Source of the DNA: Candidatus Poribacteria bacterium
Lineage (GTDB): Bacteria; Poribacteria; WGA-4E; WGA-3G
Reading direction: 5' to 3'
Length of the DNA: 64,000 nt
Assembly: GCA_963665235.2 (NCBI GenBank)
Contig: CAXXLX010000001.1
Location: forward strand, 1,184,001 to 1,248,000
In this document: positions 1 to 10,898 of the stretch, piece after piece
How the letters are laid out: each line of letters begins with the position of its first letter
Numbering within the stretch: position 1 is the stretch's first letter
Notes under the pieces: generated by a model
The model's database searches: none
Told to the model about the DNA's origin: nothing
What the model saw: only the letters and a program-made list of their open reading frames with translations
Translations under genes and position numbers: made by a program

Positions 1-1900
1 TGAGACTCCAGATACCGCCAACGGTGAAATCGCCTAACATCAAACCGATAGCAAACATGACGAGCTTCCGAGAAGCACGTGGACCCCCCATTCGCAGAAC
101 TCCCCACTTGATAACCGAACTCACAAGCATGCAACTCCACAAATACCGCATGCCCCAATCGCTTGAGACGACAAACCCAATCGGATGGAAGGGCCACCAG
201 AAAAAACGTGCCCGCATGAACATCAACAACGTTGAAAAAAGCAGCCCGAAAAGGATGCCACCGGTAGCATAAAAATTCGGTTCAGTCGGGTAATAGAGCC
301 AACGTTGAAGTCCGTTGAACGCGCGTCCCCCAAAACCGGTCGCCCAGCTACTCGTACCGCTCATATTCACAGCACCGTAGGTGTAAAAAAGATAGAGAAT
401 AACGCCGAAAACCATCACAGCAGCGAAGGCAGAAATCCCTAACAGCGCGAAAAATAAACGTCTTGAGTGAATCGTAGAACGTTCTGCAAGCTTGAACCCT
501 TCCAACTGATGCGGCATCGGGTGACTGGTATAACTCCGATTGAACCAGCGGTAAACCGTCAAGGCAACGAGGTTATTCACCCCCAATGCCCGTGTACCGA
601 AGCTGTCAATGAGAATATCATGGTTCGGCATATTCTCCATTGCATGCACAGGAAACCCCTGCTCAGCACGCATCCGCGTCAGCACAAGCACGATGATGAA
701 ATAGATTCCAAAAAACAGCGGTATCAAGTAGAAGGACATGCCGATACGCCTAGAGAAAATAAAGAGCAGGACAAACCCGCCAACAATTCCCCAGAGCGCG
801 GCTCTGTACGGTATCGGTTCGTCCGTATCTTCCCTTGTGCGGTGCCGTGCAATGCGGAACACCCCTCGGAAATGGCGCATGTTCAACACCAACACCGAAA
901 CGAAAATCCCGATAGCTGCACCGAAGCACTGCCGGTCAATGTACGGAAACCCTGGCAGATTAGACATCCCCGCCGCACTCGCGGCGACCAACTGTGCCTT
1001 GTAGAAAAAGAAGAAAAACCAGCTGGAAAACGAAAGGTCTAACGGCATCAACAGTCCAAGTCCAATGACGAACGGATAATAAGACATACTGATGCTTCCG
1101 ATGGCGTTCCACGGTTTTTCTGTGAACAGATGTCCAAACCCGCGCCATCCGCCGATACGTTTAACCGGAAGAGATGGAATTGTCGGATACAGAAAGCTGA
1201 AACCGTTCAGAATAGCAATGGATGCCGCAATGCCGAAACCGAGCCACATAATACGATTAGAAAAAAGCGATTTCGTGTTAGAGGTGACGTGAAACGCAAG
1301 CTGTGTAATCGGATAGGAGAGCCGTTCACGTTCTATCCACTGTTTCCGTAAAACGACGTTGAGACACAGCATCACTAGGACAAGCACCGTGATGAACGCC
1401 GTCCAGGATAGCAGCGGCACCATCCACCCGCCAATCACATCCAGCGTAGAGAGATTCGATTCACCTTTATAATACCCCGCCAGCACTTTTTGGTCATCAA
1501 TGAGAAGCCATTTCGGAAGGTAATCCCAAAAGAGCTGTTTCCATTCATTTTCGGGGGTTGCAAAGTAGAACGCATGTCCTATAGAGGTGACGAGAAGCGT
1601 CATCAAGGTGATAGATGGAAAAGCGCAGGCCGTGCTGAGCAGGACGTATATAGTCAGAAGCTCCGCATCAGCAAATAGGCGAACCCCAGTCGTACGCCAG
1701 ACAACAAGGTTAATTAGAGTGAATACGAAGACGACAAAGACGACGTTGTAAAACGGCACCGCATACGTGTTGAGCGCATAACCGACAAGCCCGACCTCCC
1801 CCGCGATTATCCAATAGAAATTAAACGGAATCAGTACAAGCGTAATGATTACAGATTTCCACGTAACACCATACGATTTCAGGGGAGTGTCCTGCCGCAT
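1..1900 (-). CDS. Polytopic membrane protein, DUF6785/DUF6784-like (putative transporter); 3' end runs off the window
   Basis: Not in the ORF track. Manual minus-strand reading from ATG at 1900 gives MRQDTPLKSYGVTWKSVIITLVLIPFNFYWIIAGE..., with later PHQLEGFKL and FFWWPFHPIG motifs that match the paralog at 60818-62770. Confidence 0.8.
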   Translation of the reverse strand, partial: MRQDTPLKSYGVTWKSVIITLVLIPFNFYWIIAGEVGLVGYALNTYAVPFYNVVFVVFVFTLINLVVWRTTGVRLFADAELLTIYVLLSTACAFPSITLMTLLVTSIGHAFYFATPENEWKQLFWDYLPKWLLIDDQKVLAGYYKGESNLSTLDVIGGWMVPLLSWTAFITVLVLVMLCLNVVLRKQWIERERLSYPITQLAFHVTSNTKSLFSNRIMWLGFGIAASIAILNGFSFLYPTIPSLPVKRIGGWRGFGHLFTEKPWNAIGSISMSYYPFVIGLGLLMPLDLSFSSWFFFFFYKAQLVAASAAGMSNLPGFPYIDRQCFGAAIGIFVSVLVLNMRHFRGVFRIARHRTREDTDEPIPYRAALWGIVGGFVLLFIFSRRIGMSFYLIPLFFGIYFIIVLVLTRMRAEQGFPVHAMENMPNHDILIDSFGTRALGVNNLVALTVYRWFNRSYTSHPMPHQLEGFKLAERSTIHSRRLFFALLGISAFAAVMVFGVILYLFYTYGAVNMSGTSSWATGFGGRAFNGLQRWLYYPTEPNFYATGGILFGLLFSTLLMFMRARFFWWPFHPIGFVVSSDWGMRYLWSCMLVSSVIKWGVLRMGGPRASRKLVMFAIGLMLGDFTVGGIWSL

Positions 1901-2031
1901 CCGCTTGCGTCCTTATGAAAAGGGTTATTTTTCTTGACATCTTCAGCATCTCATTAATAGGTATGATACCATATATCAACATGCTGTGCAAGTCTATTTC
2001 GTTAAGGATCTTGGGGTTTCCACCCCCCTCT

Positions 2032-2114
2032 TAGTCCCGTAGGGACGATATGTTTATAGGAGCGTGGGGTTTCCTTCGCCTGTCTTTAGTCCCGTAGGGA
2101 CGATATGTTTATAG
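2032..2114 (-). repeat. Two copies of palindromic REP-like repeat family 1, inverted relative to the 2609-3735 array
   Basis: TAGTCCCGTAGGGACGATATGTTTATAG at ~2032 and ~2087, the reverse complement (1 mismatch) of the array repeat. Confidence 0.85.
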
Positions 2115-2118
2115 GAAA

Positions 2119-2596
2119 TCAGGTTACGGATGGCGTATCGTCCTCAAAAACATATCTCTCATCGTCCTCAAAAACATATCTCTCATCATAGGGAATATTG
2201 AAACGTTTTAGAAACCTAATACCATTTCTAATTGAAAATGTCTCTTTATTGTAGCATAAACTTCCAGTTTGTGCTCTTTTTGTGTCTTCCGTTCTCCGTT
2301 TGATTTCTAACAACCGGTAATGATAGAATAATTAATAAAAATGGTATAAGATATTCCTCACGGAAGGTAAGCCGCGCATGGTGTTTTTCCTGATTTTTGA
2401 TATAATTCGCCACAGTATCAAGATGAGAATGCGAATAGGTGAATGCAGCAAAACCTGTCTGCCATTCAAACCTTCCCCGCAGCCATCCTTTTATATACTG
2501 TTGCAGTTCTTCTTTATGTTGTTTTGAAATGAGGGGTTGTCTACCTTTTACAGCGAAGATGATGTGTATGTAAAGTTGGGTGTAGGTGTTAGGCAT
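2119..2596 (-). pseudogene. tnpA: IS200/IS605-family Y1 (HUH) transposase TnpA / RAYT-like, inactivated
   Basis: MPNTYTQLYIHIIFAVKGR...FEWQTGFAAFTYS...YIKNQEKHH...FREEYL|RFLKRFNIPYDERYVF. The central ~50 aa with the HUH motif are missing (YIKG is joined to WLRG) and a MITE interrupts the 3' part. Confidence 0.85.
2220..2346. mobile_element. 127-bp MITE inserted in tnpA
   Basis: Terminal inverted repeats TACCATTTYTA and a TAA duplication at 2217-2219/2347-2349. Removing the element and one TAA restores the frame (EEYL-RFLKRF). Contains one GTAG-REP family-2 unit. Confidence 0.8.
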
Positions 2597-2608
2597 AATT
2601 TTTCCTCT

Positions 2609-3735
2609 CTATAAATATATCGTCCCTACGGGACTAAAGAGTGTGTGGGAACCTCCCGGCTTCTATAAATATATCGTCCCTACGGGACTATGCGGTTTTG
2701 GGGGTTGTGGTTTCTATAAATATATCGTCCCTACGGGACTAAAGAGAAAACGCAAAACGATTTCCTATAAATATATCGTCCCTACGGGACTATGCGGTTT
2801 TGGGGGTTGTGGTTTCTATAAATATATCGTCCCTACGGGACTAAAGAGTGTGTGGGAACCTCCCGGCTTCTATAAATATATCGTCCCTACGGGACTAATC
2901 ATGTGGCCGTTGGTTCTTCTATAAATATATCGTCCCTACGGGACTAAAGAGTGTGGGAACCTCCCGGCTTCTATAAATATATCGTCCCTACGGGACTAAT
3001 CATGTGGCCGTTGGTTCTTCTATAAATATATCGTCCCTACGGGACTAAAGAGTGTGTGGGAACCTCCCGGCTTCTATAAATATATCGTCCCTACGGGACT
3101 ATGCGGTTTTGGGGGTTGTGGTTTCTATAAATATATCGTCCCTACGGGACTAAAGAGTGTGTGGGAACCTCCCGGCTTCTATAAATATATCGTCCCTACG
3201 GGACTAATCATGTGGCCGTTGGTTCTTCTATAAATATATCGTCCCTACGGGACTAATCACGTGGCCGTTGGTTCTTCTATAAATATATCGTCCCTACGGG
3301 ACTAATCACGTGGCCGTTGGTTCTTCTATAAATATATCGTCCCTACGGGACTAAAGAGAAAACGCAAAACGATTTCCTATAAATATATCGTCCCTACGGG
3401 ACTAATCATGTGGCCGTTGGTTCTTCTATAAATATATCGTCCCTACGGGACTAAAGAGAAAACGCAAAACGATTTCCTATAAATATATCGTCCCTACGGG
3501 ACTAAAGAGTGTGTGGGAACCTCCCGGCTTCTATAAATATATCGTCCCTACGGGACTAATCACGTGGCCGTTGGTTCTTCTATAAATATATCGTCCCTAC
3601 GGGACTATGCGGTTTTGGGGGTTGTGGTTTCTATAAAGATATCGTCCCTACGGGACTAAAGAGAAAACGCAAAACGATTTCCTATAAATATATCGTCCCT
3701 ACGGGACTAAAGAGTGTGTGGGAACCTCCCGGCTT
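2609..3735 (+). repeat. Array of 22 copies of a 28-bp palindromic repeat separated by four recurring spacer types
   Basis: Repeat CTATAAATATATCGTCCCTACGGGACTA (hairpin GTCCC-TAC-GGGAC); 21-26-bp spacers are reused many times. Confidence 0.92.
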
Positions 3736-3800
3736 CTCTGACACGTTTCAGAGATGTTCTTAGAATCACAAACCTCTTGCCAATTGCTAATCGCCAATTG

Positions 3801-5315
3801 CTAATTGCCAATCGCCAATTGGCGTTGACGAATGTCAGCCCAAGGCCCAGTAATCGCAAGCGTAATGCCCGGGTGCTGAATATTGACAAAGAGCGTCCTG
3901 CCATCAGGGGAGAACGTTGCCCCCGCAAACTCCGATGTGTTCGCGGAATTGCGTGCAAATTGGTAGGTGTGTCCCTCAGGCGTTACCCCAACCAAGAACT
4001 GCTCCTTTGGCCCATCTTCACAGATAATGAGGTCGCCCCAGGGGGTAACCGTAAGATTATCAGCATTTTCAAGGAGCTTGCTGTCATCCGGTTCAATAAA
4101 AAGTTCAAGCGTGCCGGGCTTTTTTCCCTCTCGACTTGTGCCTTCATACGGGCTCGGAATGTATCGCCAGATTTGTCCTGCTTTTGCAACGCCGCCATTT
4201 GTGCATGCGAAATAGATTGAATCACCGCTGTACCACATACCTTCACCCCGTGCGAACTTCGCAGCCTGCTTACCATCAACCCCCTGTTTGCGCAGATCAT
4301 CTTTCGGTGCCTCTACATTTTCAATATCCACCCAGGCGACCGGCATCTTTTGCCCAATAGCAATAGGATTGTAGGTCCATGAGGTAGTTTTTTGTAAATT
4401 GTTCTTCCAATTCCGGGTATCCGCGTCCTTGATGTCTCGGATTTTCAAGGCTTGGAGGCGGCCCCCTTTGACAAGCTGCCCGGGTTCTTCAGGTATAAAT
4501 CGATAGATTAAGCCATCGTCCCTATCTTCGGTTTGATAAACAATACCGGTTCGTGCGTCCACAGCAATCGCCTCATGATTGAACCGTCCCATCGCCTTTA
4601 GCGGCACAGCTGGCACCAGCTCTTGCGTAGCAGAGACCGGCACCTCAAAATTGTAGCCGTGGTCCCGTTCAAACGTGTTCTCCATTTTTTGGACGTTCTC
4701 TTCACAGGTCACCCATGTCCTCCAGGGGGTCGGGCCTCCGGCACAATTGCGAATTGTTCCTACTAGGCTCAAGAAATGTTTCTCCAACGTTCCTGTTCGG
4801 GTATCATAAACAAGTGTCGTTGTGCCACCGAGGCAGGGCAATTCCTTAGAGCCCAGATCGTAAAATTTGTCGGTATCAACCCGCTGAATCCTCTCGTTGT
4901 TCCATCCGAACGGTCCCACGATTTTGTCAGTAGCCGTTAATTCGTGATTTCGGATTAGAATCGTTTTTCCATTAGGCCCTGAGAACGCTGCCATACCATC
5001 GTGTTTACCCGGCACCCAAAGCCCATCGTCCATCAGCTCGCCGACCCTAGAAAAAGCGTGACAATGAAACCCCTCTGGTAAGTCAAGGAGCTGATTTGGT
5101 GCTGGAACAAATTTATAGGGCGGCTCCGACTTCGGTTTGAAACCCGGCACCCGCCTGAGCAGCTTACGGCCAACGCCCGAAAACCCATAACCCACCGCTG
5201 CTGAAGCAGCAGCAACCGCGCCGTAACTCAGAAATTGCCGTCGAGATATATTAAATTTCACCGTTTCCGTTCTCCATTCCTCATTTTTTTTCTTCTGTAG
5301 GAGCGTGCTGTGCAC
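3801..5315 (-). CDS. phoX: PhoX-family alkaline phosphatase (DUF839), Tat-exported
   Basis: SRRQFL twin-arginine signal; NCAGGPTPW, TCEE, GRFNHEA, ADNLTVTPWGDLIICED and SEFAGATFSPDG motifs. The true start may be slightly downstream of 5315. Confidence 0.85.
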   Translation of the reverse strand: MHSTLLQKKKNEEWRTETVKFNISRRQFLSYGAVAAASAAVGYGFSGVGRKLLRRVPGFKPKSEPPYKFVPAPNQLLDLPEGFHCHAFSRVGELMDDGLWVPGKHDGMAAFSGPNGKTILIRNHELTATDKIVGPFGWNNERIQRVDTDKFYDLGSKELPCLGGTTTLVYDTRTGTLEKHFLSLVGTIRNCAGGPTPWRTWVTCEENVQKMENTFERDHGYNFEVPVSATQELVPAVPLKAMGRFNHEAIAVDARTGIVYQTEDRDDGLIYRFIPEEPGQLVKGGRLQALKIRDIKDADTRNWKNNLQKTTSWTYNPIAIGQKMPVAWVDIENVEAPKDDLRKQGVDGKQAAKFARGEGMWYSGDSIYFACTNGGVAKAGQIWRYIPSPYEGTSREGKKPGTLELFIEPDDSKLLENADNLTVTPWGDLIICEDGPKEQFLVGVTPEGHTYQFARNSANTSEFAGATFSPDGRTLFVNIQHPGITLAITGPWADIRQRQLAIGN

Positions 5316-5516
5316 GCGACATCTTCCGCAAAAATGTCAAAAACTAAATAGTCCTGACCGAAAATCAAAAACGTTTTGACAAAGTCCACCAATTTGTGTT
5401 AAAATTATACAAAACAAACTTAAGTATAACACAGATTGCATAAATATGCACAATCTTTCTTTGATAAAAAGCAGCAGCTACAAGGCGTGTGCTGTTAAAT
5501 AAGGAGAAACCGTGAA

Positions 5517-8069
5517 ATGGAGAATCACAGTTATGCCCCCGGAGAAATAGAACCGCGCTGGCAAACCGTGTGGCAAGAAAAGCAAGCATACACAGTCCCA
5601 AACGATATTGAGACGCTCAAGCAGAAACCGAAATATTATGTGCTCGGCATGTTCCCTTACACTTCAGGAGCTGGGCTCCACCTGGGGCACGCGAAAAACT
5701 ACATACCGACTGATGTGCTCGCCAATTTCAAGCGGATGCAGGGGTATCACGTGATGCACCCGATGGGATGGGATGCCTTCGGACTTCCGACCGAACGGAC
5801 AGCTGTCCATGAAAACGAACACCCAGCGCACATTACACAACGTAACACACAAACCTTTCTAAAGCAAATTCAACGAATCGGTTTCTCTTACGACTGGGCA
5901 CGCAAAATTGACACCTCTCTGCCTGAATATTATAAGTGGACGCAATGGATTTTCCTACGCCTTTATGAAAAAGACCTTGCATATATCGCCGATGTGCCTG
6001 TCAACTGGTGCCCCGCATTAGGCACTGTCCTCTCAAACGAAGAGGTACAGGACGGTAAATATGTCGAGACCGGTGACCCGGTCGAACGTCGCTCCATGCG
6101 TCAATGGATGCTAAAAATTACCGCCTATGCTGAACGTTTGCTGGAAGACCTAGACCTATTGGATTGGCCCGATGGACTTAAGGAGATGCAACGGCATTGG
6201 ATTGGGAAATCGGAGGGGGCAGACATCACCTTCAACGTCAAAGGGAGCGATGCAACGTTCACCGTTTTCACAACGCGCCCGGATACACTCTTCGGTGCAA
6301 CCTATTGTGTGCTTGCCCCGGAACACCCGCTCGTCTCCGAAATAACGCACCCCGACGCAGCAACGGCAGTTAGTACTTATGTTAAGGAGACTGTCAACAA
6401 ATCCGACCTCCAACGCACAGACCTCGCTACAGACAAAACGGGGGTTTTCACAGGGGCCTACGCTATTAATCCCTGTAACGGCGAAGAAATCCCGATTTGG
6501 GTCGCCGACTATGTCCTCATGACTTACGGCACAGGGGCAATCATGGCTGTCCCGGGACACGATGACCGCGACCACGAATTCGCCACAACCTTCGGCATTC
6601 CTATCGTTGAGGTTATCAGCGGCGGCGAAAACCCAATCGAAGCGGAAGCATTTATCGGCGACGGGGTGTGCACTAACAGCGGTTTTCTCAACGGACTCCG
6701 CGGCGACGCGGCAAAAGAGAAGATGATTACATGGCTCGAAAGCCAAGGAAAGGGGACACGGCAGGTCCAATACCGCCTCCGGGACTGGCTATTCTCACGG
6801 CAAAGGTATTGGGGTGAACCCTTTCCACTTGTGCATCTTGAAGATGGAACGATTGTCCAACTTACAGACGACCAACTGCCTGTAGAACTACCGCCCATTG
6901 ACACCTACAAACCGACAACGGATGGTAAACCGCCTCTGGCACGTGCCGATGAAACATGGTTGAAGGTGAAACTCCCAGACGGCCGAATTGCGACACGAGA
7001 GACCAATATCATGCCGCAGTGGGCGGGCTCCTGTTGGTATTATCTCCGTTTTCTGGATGCCCACAATACTGAGGCACCTTTTGACCCCGCGCTTGAACGT
7101 TACTGGATGCCGGTGGACCTTTACGTCGGCGGCGCGGAACACGCCGTGCTCCATCTGCTCTACGCACGTTTCTGGCATAAGGTGCTCCACGATTGCGGAT
7201 TAGTCTCCACAGTAGAACCGTTTCAGGGGTTGCTTCATCAAGGCATTATTCTCGCTGAATCCTACAAAGATGCTGCGGGCAAATACTATTACCCTCACGA
7301 AGTTGAGCAGGCCGCTGGTAAAACTGTAAGCAAAGCCGCTGGTGAACCGCTCCACGTTCAAATGGAAAAGATGTCTAAATCCCGTTTTAACGTCATCAAT
7401 CCGAACGAGGTCATTGATAAATACGGCGCGGATGCACTCCGACTCTATCTGCTGTTTATCGGCCCCGTCACAGCGAGTGCACCGTGGCAAGACGCGGGCA
7501 TAGAAGGGGTCTATCGTTTTCTACAGCGCGTCTGGCGGCTCGCCATCGATGAACAGAGCGGTGAACTTAGTACCAAGCTAACCGACGCAGCTGGCACATC
7601 GGAACCGGAGCTCTGGCGGGAACTCCATAAAACTATCAAACAGGTGACAGAGGACACGGAGTCCATCGACAAGATGAACACCGCAATTAGCCAAATGATG
7701 ATTTTTGTGAACGCTGCAACACAAAAAGAATCGCTGCCGAAGGAGACGTTGAAAACGTTCCTACATCTCCTCTCGCCCTATGCCCCGCACGTCGCACAAG
7801 AATTGTGGCATCGCCTCGGTGAAACGGAGCTCCTTGTGCACGCCGCATGGCCCGAATATGACAAAACGATACTTGAAAGTGCCACGGTAACCATTATCGT
7901 CCAAGTGAACGGCAAACTCCGAAGTCGGCTACAATTGTCCACAGATGCAACCGATGAAGAAATTGAGAAAGCCGCACTTGCTGACGAACGCGTGCAGCGG
8001 TTTACTGAAGGAAAAGAGCCACGAAAGGTTATCATTGTACCGAACCGTTTGATTAATATCGTTGTTTAG
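5517..8069 (+). CDS. leuS: Leucine--tRNA ligase
   Basis: MFPYTSGAGLHLGH (HIGH-like), KMSKS, FTTRPDTLFG editing domain, 850 aa. Confidence 0.97.
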   Translation: MENHSYAPGEIEPRWQTVWQEKQAYTVPNDIETLKQKPKYYVLGMFPYTSGAGLHLGHAKNYIPTDVLANFKRMQGYHVMHPMGWDAFGLPTERTAVHENEHPAHITQRNTQTFLKQIQRIGFSYDWARKIDTSLPEYYKWTQWIFLRLYEKDLAYIADVPVNWCPALGTVLSNEEVQDGKYVETGDPVERRSMRQWMLKITAYAERLLEDLDLLDWPDGLKEMQRHWIGKSEGADITFNVKGSDATFTVFTTRPDTLFGATYCVLAPEHPLVSEITHPDAATAVSTYVKETVNKSDLQRTDLATDKTGVFTGAYAINPCNGEEIPIWVADYVLMTYGTGAIMAVPGHDDRDHEFATTFGIPIVEVISGGENPIEAEAFIGDGVCTNSGFLNGLRGDAAKEKMITWLESQGKGTRQVQYRLRDWLFSRQRYWGEPFPLVHLEDGTIVQLTDDQLPVELPPIDTYKPTTDGKPPLARADETWLKVKLPDGRIATRETNIMPQWAGSCWYYLRFLDAHNTEAPFDPALERYWMPVDLYVGGAEHAVLHLLYARFWHKVLHDCGLVSTVEPFQGLLHQGIILAESYKDAAGKYYYPHEVEQAAGKTVSKAAGEPLHVQMEKMSKSRFNVINPNEVIDKYGADALRLYLLFIGPVTASAPWQDAGIEGVYRFLQRVWRLAIDEQSGELSTKLTDAAGTSEPELWRELHKTIKQVTEDTESIDKMNTAISQMMIFVNAATQKESLPKETLKTFLHLLSPYAPHVAQELWHRLGETELLVHAAWPEYDKTILESATVTIIVQVNGKLRSRLQLSTDATDEEIEKAALADERVQRFTEGKEPRKVIIVPNRLINIVV

Positions 8070-8146
8070 CGCACATTTTTTTTGAGGAGCGGGCTGCTTG
8101 CCCGAATACTTGTAGAACGGAAAAACATCCAAAGAAAGAGGCATCT

Positions 8147-9163
8147 ATGCGTATCGTAAGTGTGATTGGAGCGTTCATATTCATTTTCACAGCAATCGTG
8201 CCCGTGTTTGCAGCGGATAAATTGGTCTTTGCCATCCGTGAGCCGTTTCAACAGGAAGACGGTTTCCGAGCAACAACACGGACGCTTGAGAAAGGCAGAA
8301 GTACAAAAAAATGGTGGGAATTCTATCAGTACAACATCGGCACGATGAAGCCGGATGGCACAGATTTTCGCCGCCTCACCGAGGATGGCGTTTCGCGCAA
8401 ACCCAGACTCTCACCGGATGGAGAGCGAATCGCTTATATATCCGGCATGGACGAGGCAAAATCGCTATATGTCATGTGGGCAGACGGGACCGAGAAAAAG
8501 CGACTTCTCAAAAAACAGTTCGCTATCCACGATATCCGGTGGTCACCGCTAAGCAACGCCATCCTCGTTGTACTGGAGATTGACCGTGTGAAAGAACGGT
8601 TGGAAAATTGGGTGGTAACCGTCGATGGAAAAATAGAGCGGTGGCGAACGAAACAGTGGGCAGAAGGGTGGCTACATTGGGACCCGAAAGGCGAAAAGGT
8701 TAAAGAACCCCATAGAAGATTGCTTGAAGTGTTACCGAACGGAACACGCTGGCCCAAATGGTCACCTGACGCTAAATGGATTGCATTTACAACCGAGGGA
8801 CACCTCGCACTGGCAGCACCGGAAATTGTCAGTATGGGGCGAAGATGGTTCCTGCAACGCAACGAACCACCCTGTGAAAACATTGAGGAATGGTCACCGG
8901 ATGGCACACAACTCCTGTTTTATACATCAGGTGAAATCTGTGTCGCCACTATAGAGAACGGCAAATTCAAAAGCTATCTGAACCTCAGCCTTTACCGCGG
9001 ACGCGACGCAACATGGAGCCCAGATGGAAGCCAAATTGCATTTATCGGGAGCGACTCGAATGGACGACGCACCAGCGAAATCTTTATCTTAGATGTTGAA
9101 ACCGGTAAAATGCAGCAGATTACCTCAACAACTCACGATTACTTTGAACTACATTGGCGATAA
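8147..9163 (+). CDS. Secreted TolB-like (PD40) beta-propeller protein
   Basis: Signal peptide; repeated WSPDG-x-IAF motifs. Confidence 0.75.
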   Translation: MRIVSVIGAFIFIFTAIVPVFAADKLVFAIREPFQQEDGFRATTRTLEKGRSTKKWWEFYQYNIGTMKPDGTDFRRLTEDGVSRKPRLSPDGERIAYISGMDEAKSLYVMWADGTEKKRLLKKQFAIHDIRWSPLSNAILVVLEIDRVKERLENWVVTVDGKIERWRTKQWAEGWLHWDPKGEKVKEPHRRLLEVLPNGTRWPKWSPDAKWIAFTTEGHLALAAPEIVSMGRRWFLQRNEPPCENIEEWSPDGTQLLFYTSGEICVATIENGKFKSYLNLSLYRGRDATWSPDGSQIAFIGSDSNGRRTSEIFILDVETGKMQQITSTTHDYFELHWR

Positions 9164-9200
9164 AGCAAACCGATAACTAACTGAATTATTTTACTAACTT

Positions 9201-10898
9201 ATGACAAATTCTATATCTATGAAAAATGAAAAGCACGTTGATAGAAACGTTTCCATTATACCCTTAGGCGGCTTAGGCGAATTTGGACTCAACATGATGG
9301 TATATGAAACCGAAAATGACATCATTGTCATTGATACAGGTTTCATGCTGCCGAGCACAGACATGCCCGGAGTCGACCTGATATTTCCCGATATTCATTA
9401 CCTCGTTGAACGCAAAGATAAAATTCGCGGCATACTTCTAACCCACGGCCACGAAGACCACATCGGGGCTTTAGCCTATGTACTCCAGCAGTTAGACGTA
9501 CCTACATACGGCACACAGCTGACACTTGCAATCGCAAAGGGACGATTGAAAGAGTACGGCGTGCTAGACAAAGCACAGCTCAATACGATTGCCCCTGGGG
9601 ATACCGTAACATTGGGCGATTTTTCAGCCGAGTTCATCCACGTCACACATAGTATTCCCGATACAGTTGCAATTGCACTACGCACCCCTATCGGCATTAT
9701 CGTCCACACAGGCGATTTCAAGTTCGATGCAACCCCGATTGATGGAAAACTCACCGATATCCAGACGCTAGCGCGGCTCGGAGCCGAGGGCGTGCTGCTC
9801 CTACTCTCCGACAGCACAAACGCTAACTGGCCGGGGCAGACCCCCTCGGAACGGAGCATCTACGATAAGATAGACAATATCTTTCAAAAAACTGAGCACA
9901 GGCTGTTCCTCTGCACCTTCTCATCGAGTATACACCGGCTCCAGCAATTTATAGATTTAGCCGAAAAACATAGACGACTTGTCGCCGTCACCGGACGTTC
10001 TTTGATTAACAACATCCGAACCGCTTCTGAACTCGGTTACCTTAAGGTTAACCACGATTATCTAATTGACGCACGCGATGCTTCTATGTTCAAACCGCAT
10101 GAAGTCGTAATCTTATGCACAGGCAGCCAAGGCGAACCGCGGTCCGCCATGTCATTGATGGCACTCGATAACCACCCTTTTTTAAAGGTTGAACCGAACG
10201 ACACGGTCGTCATCTCCGCACGTATTATACCCGGCAACACAAAGTCTGTTGGCAATATCGTCAACCATCTGCTCAGACGCGGCGCAAGGATATTCCACCA
10301 AAACAACTCCGATGTTCACGTCTCTGGACACGGCGCAAGTGAAGACCTGAAACTTATGCTCAACCTCTTGCAACCCAAGTTCTTTATCCCGATACACGGT
10401 GAATATCAAAACCTTGTGAAGCACGCCGAACTTGCCGAGTCTGTCGGCATTTCAGAAACCAACATTAGAGTCGCTGAAGATGGAGAACTGATTAGGCTTA
10501 CCCCTGAATCGTGTGAGGTGTTTGAGCGGGGGGGACGTTCTGGCCGTGTCCTAGTTGATGGCAAACCGGACATTGAACTAGAGGATATTGTGCTGCGCGA
10601 CCGAATCCAACTTTCACAAGACGGCATGGTCATTCCTATTATCGTGCTCCACAGCGACGGCGGCGCAATTGCAACCGACCCAGAAATCGTTTCCCGCGGG
10701 TTTGTCTACATGGACGAAGCAGAAGACCTCGTCACGGAAGCAAAGGAAATCACCCGCCAAATTATTGAAAACCTAAGTGATGAACAGAAGCACGAAACAG
10801 AGACGGTACAGGAAGAAGTCCGAACCGGACTGCGCCGATTTTTCACGAAACGGATGCAGCGAAGACCGCTAGTCCTTCCTGTCGTTATGCGCGTTTAG
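9201..10898 (+). CDS. rnj: Ribonuclease J
   Basis: IIPLGGLGEFGLN, THGHEDHIG, HTGDFKFD, GSQGEP and HVSGH motifs. Start could be 9219. Confidence 0.95.
   Translation: MTNSISMKNEKHVDRNVSIIPLGGLGEFGLNMMVYETENDIIVIDTGFMLPSTDMPGVDLIFPDIHYLVERKDKIRGILLTHGHEDHIGALAYVLQQLDVPTYGTQLTLAIAKGRLKEYGVLDKAQLNTIAPGDTVTLGDFSAEFIHVTHSIPDTVAIALRTPIGIIVHTGDFKFDATPIDGKLTDIQTLARLGAEGVLLLLSDSTNANWPGQTPSERSIYDKIDNIFQKTEHRLFLCTFSSSIHRLQQFIDLAEKHRRLVAVTGRSLINNIRTASELGYLKVNHDYLIDARDASMFKPHEVVILCTGSQGEPRSAMSLMALDNHPFLKVEPNDTVVISARIIPGNTKSVGNIVNHLLRRGARIFHQNNSDVHVSGHGASEDLKLMLNLLQPKFFIPIHGEYQNLVKHAELAESVGISETNIRVAEDGELIRLTPESCEVFERGGRSGRVLVDGKPDIELEDIVLRDRIQLSQDGMVIPIIVLHSDGGAIATDPEIVSRGFVYMDEAEDLVTEAKEITRQIIENLSDEQKHETETVQEEVRTGLRRFFTKRMQRRPLVLPVVMRV

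Noticed and set aside
24-1678. Plus-strand ORFs at the left edge, and other short overlapping ORFs throughout the track
   Set aside because: They are antisense or off-frame shadows of well-supported genes, here the minus-strand membrane protein starting at 1900.
2609-3735. CRISPR array
   Set aside because: Spacers are only four recurring sequences, there are no cas genes in the window, and the repeat also flanks a Y1 transposase in inverted orientation and occurs singly elsewhere.
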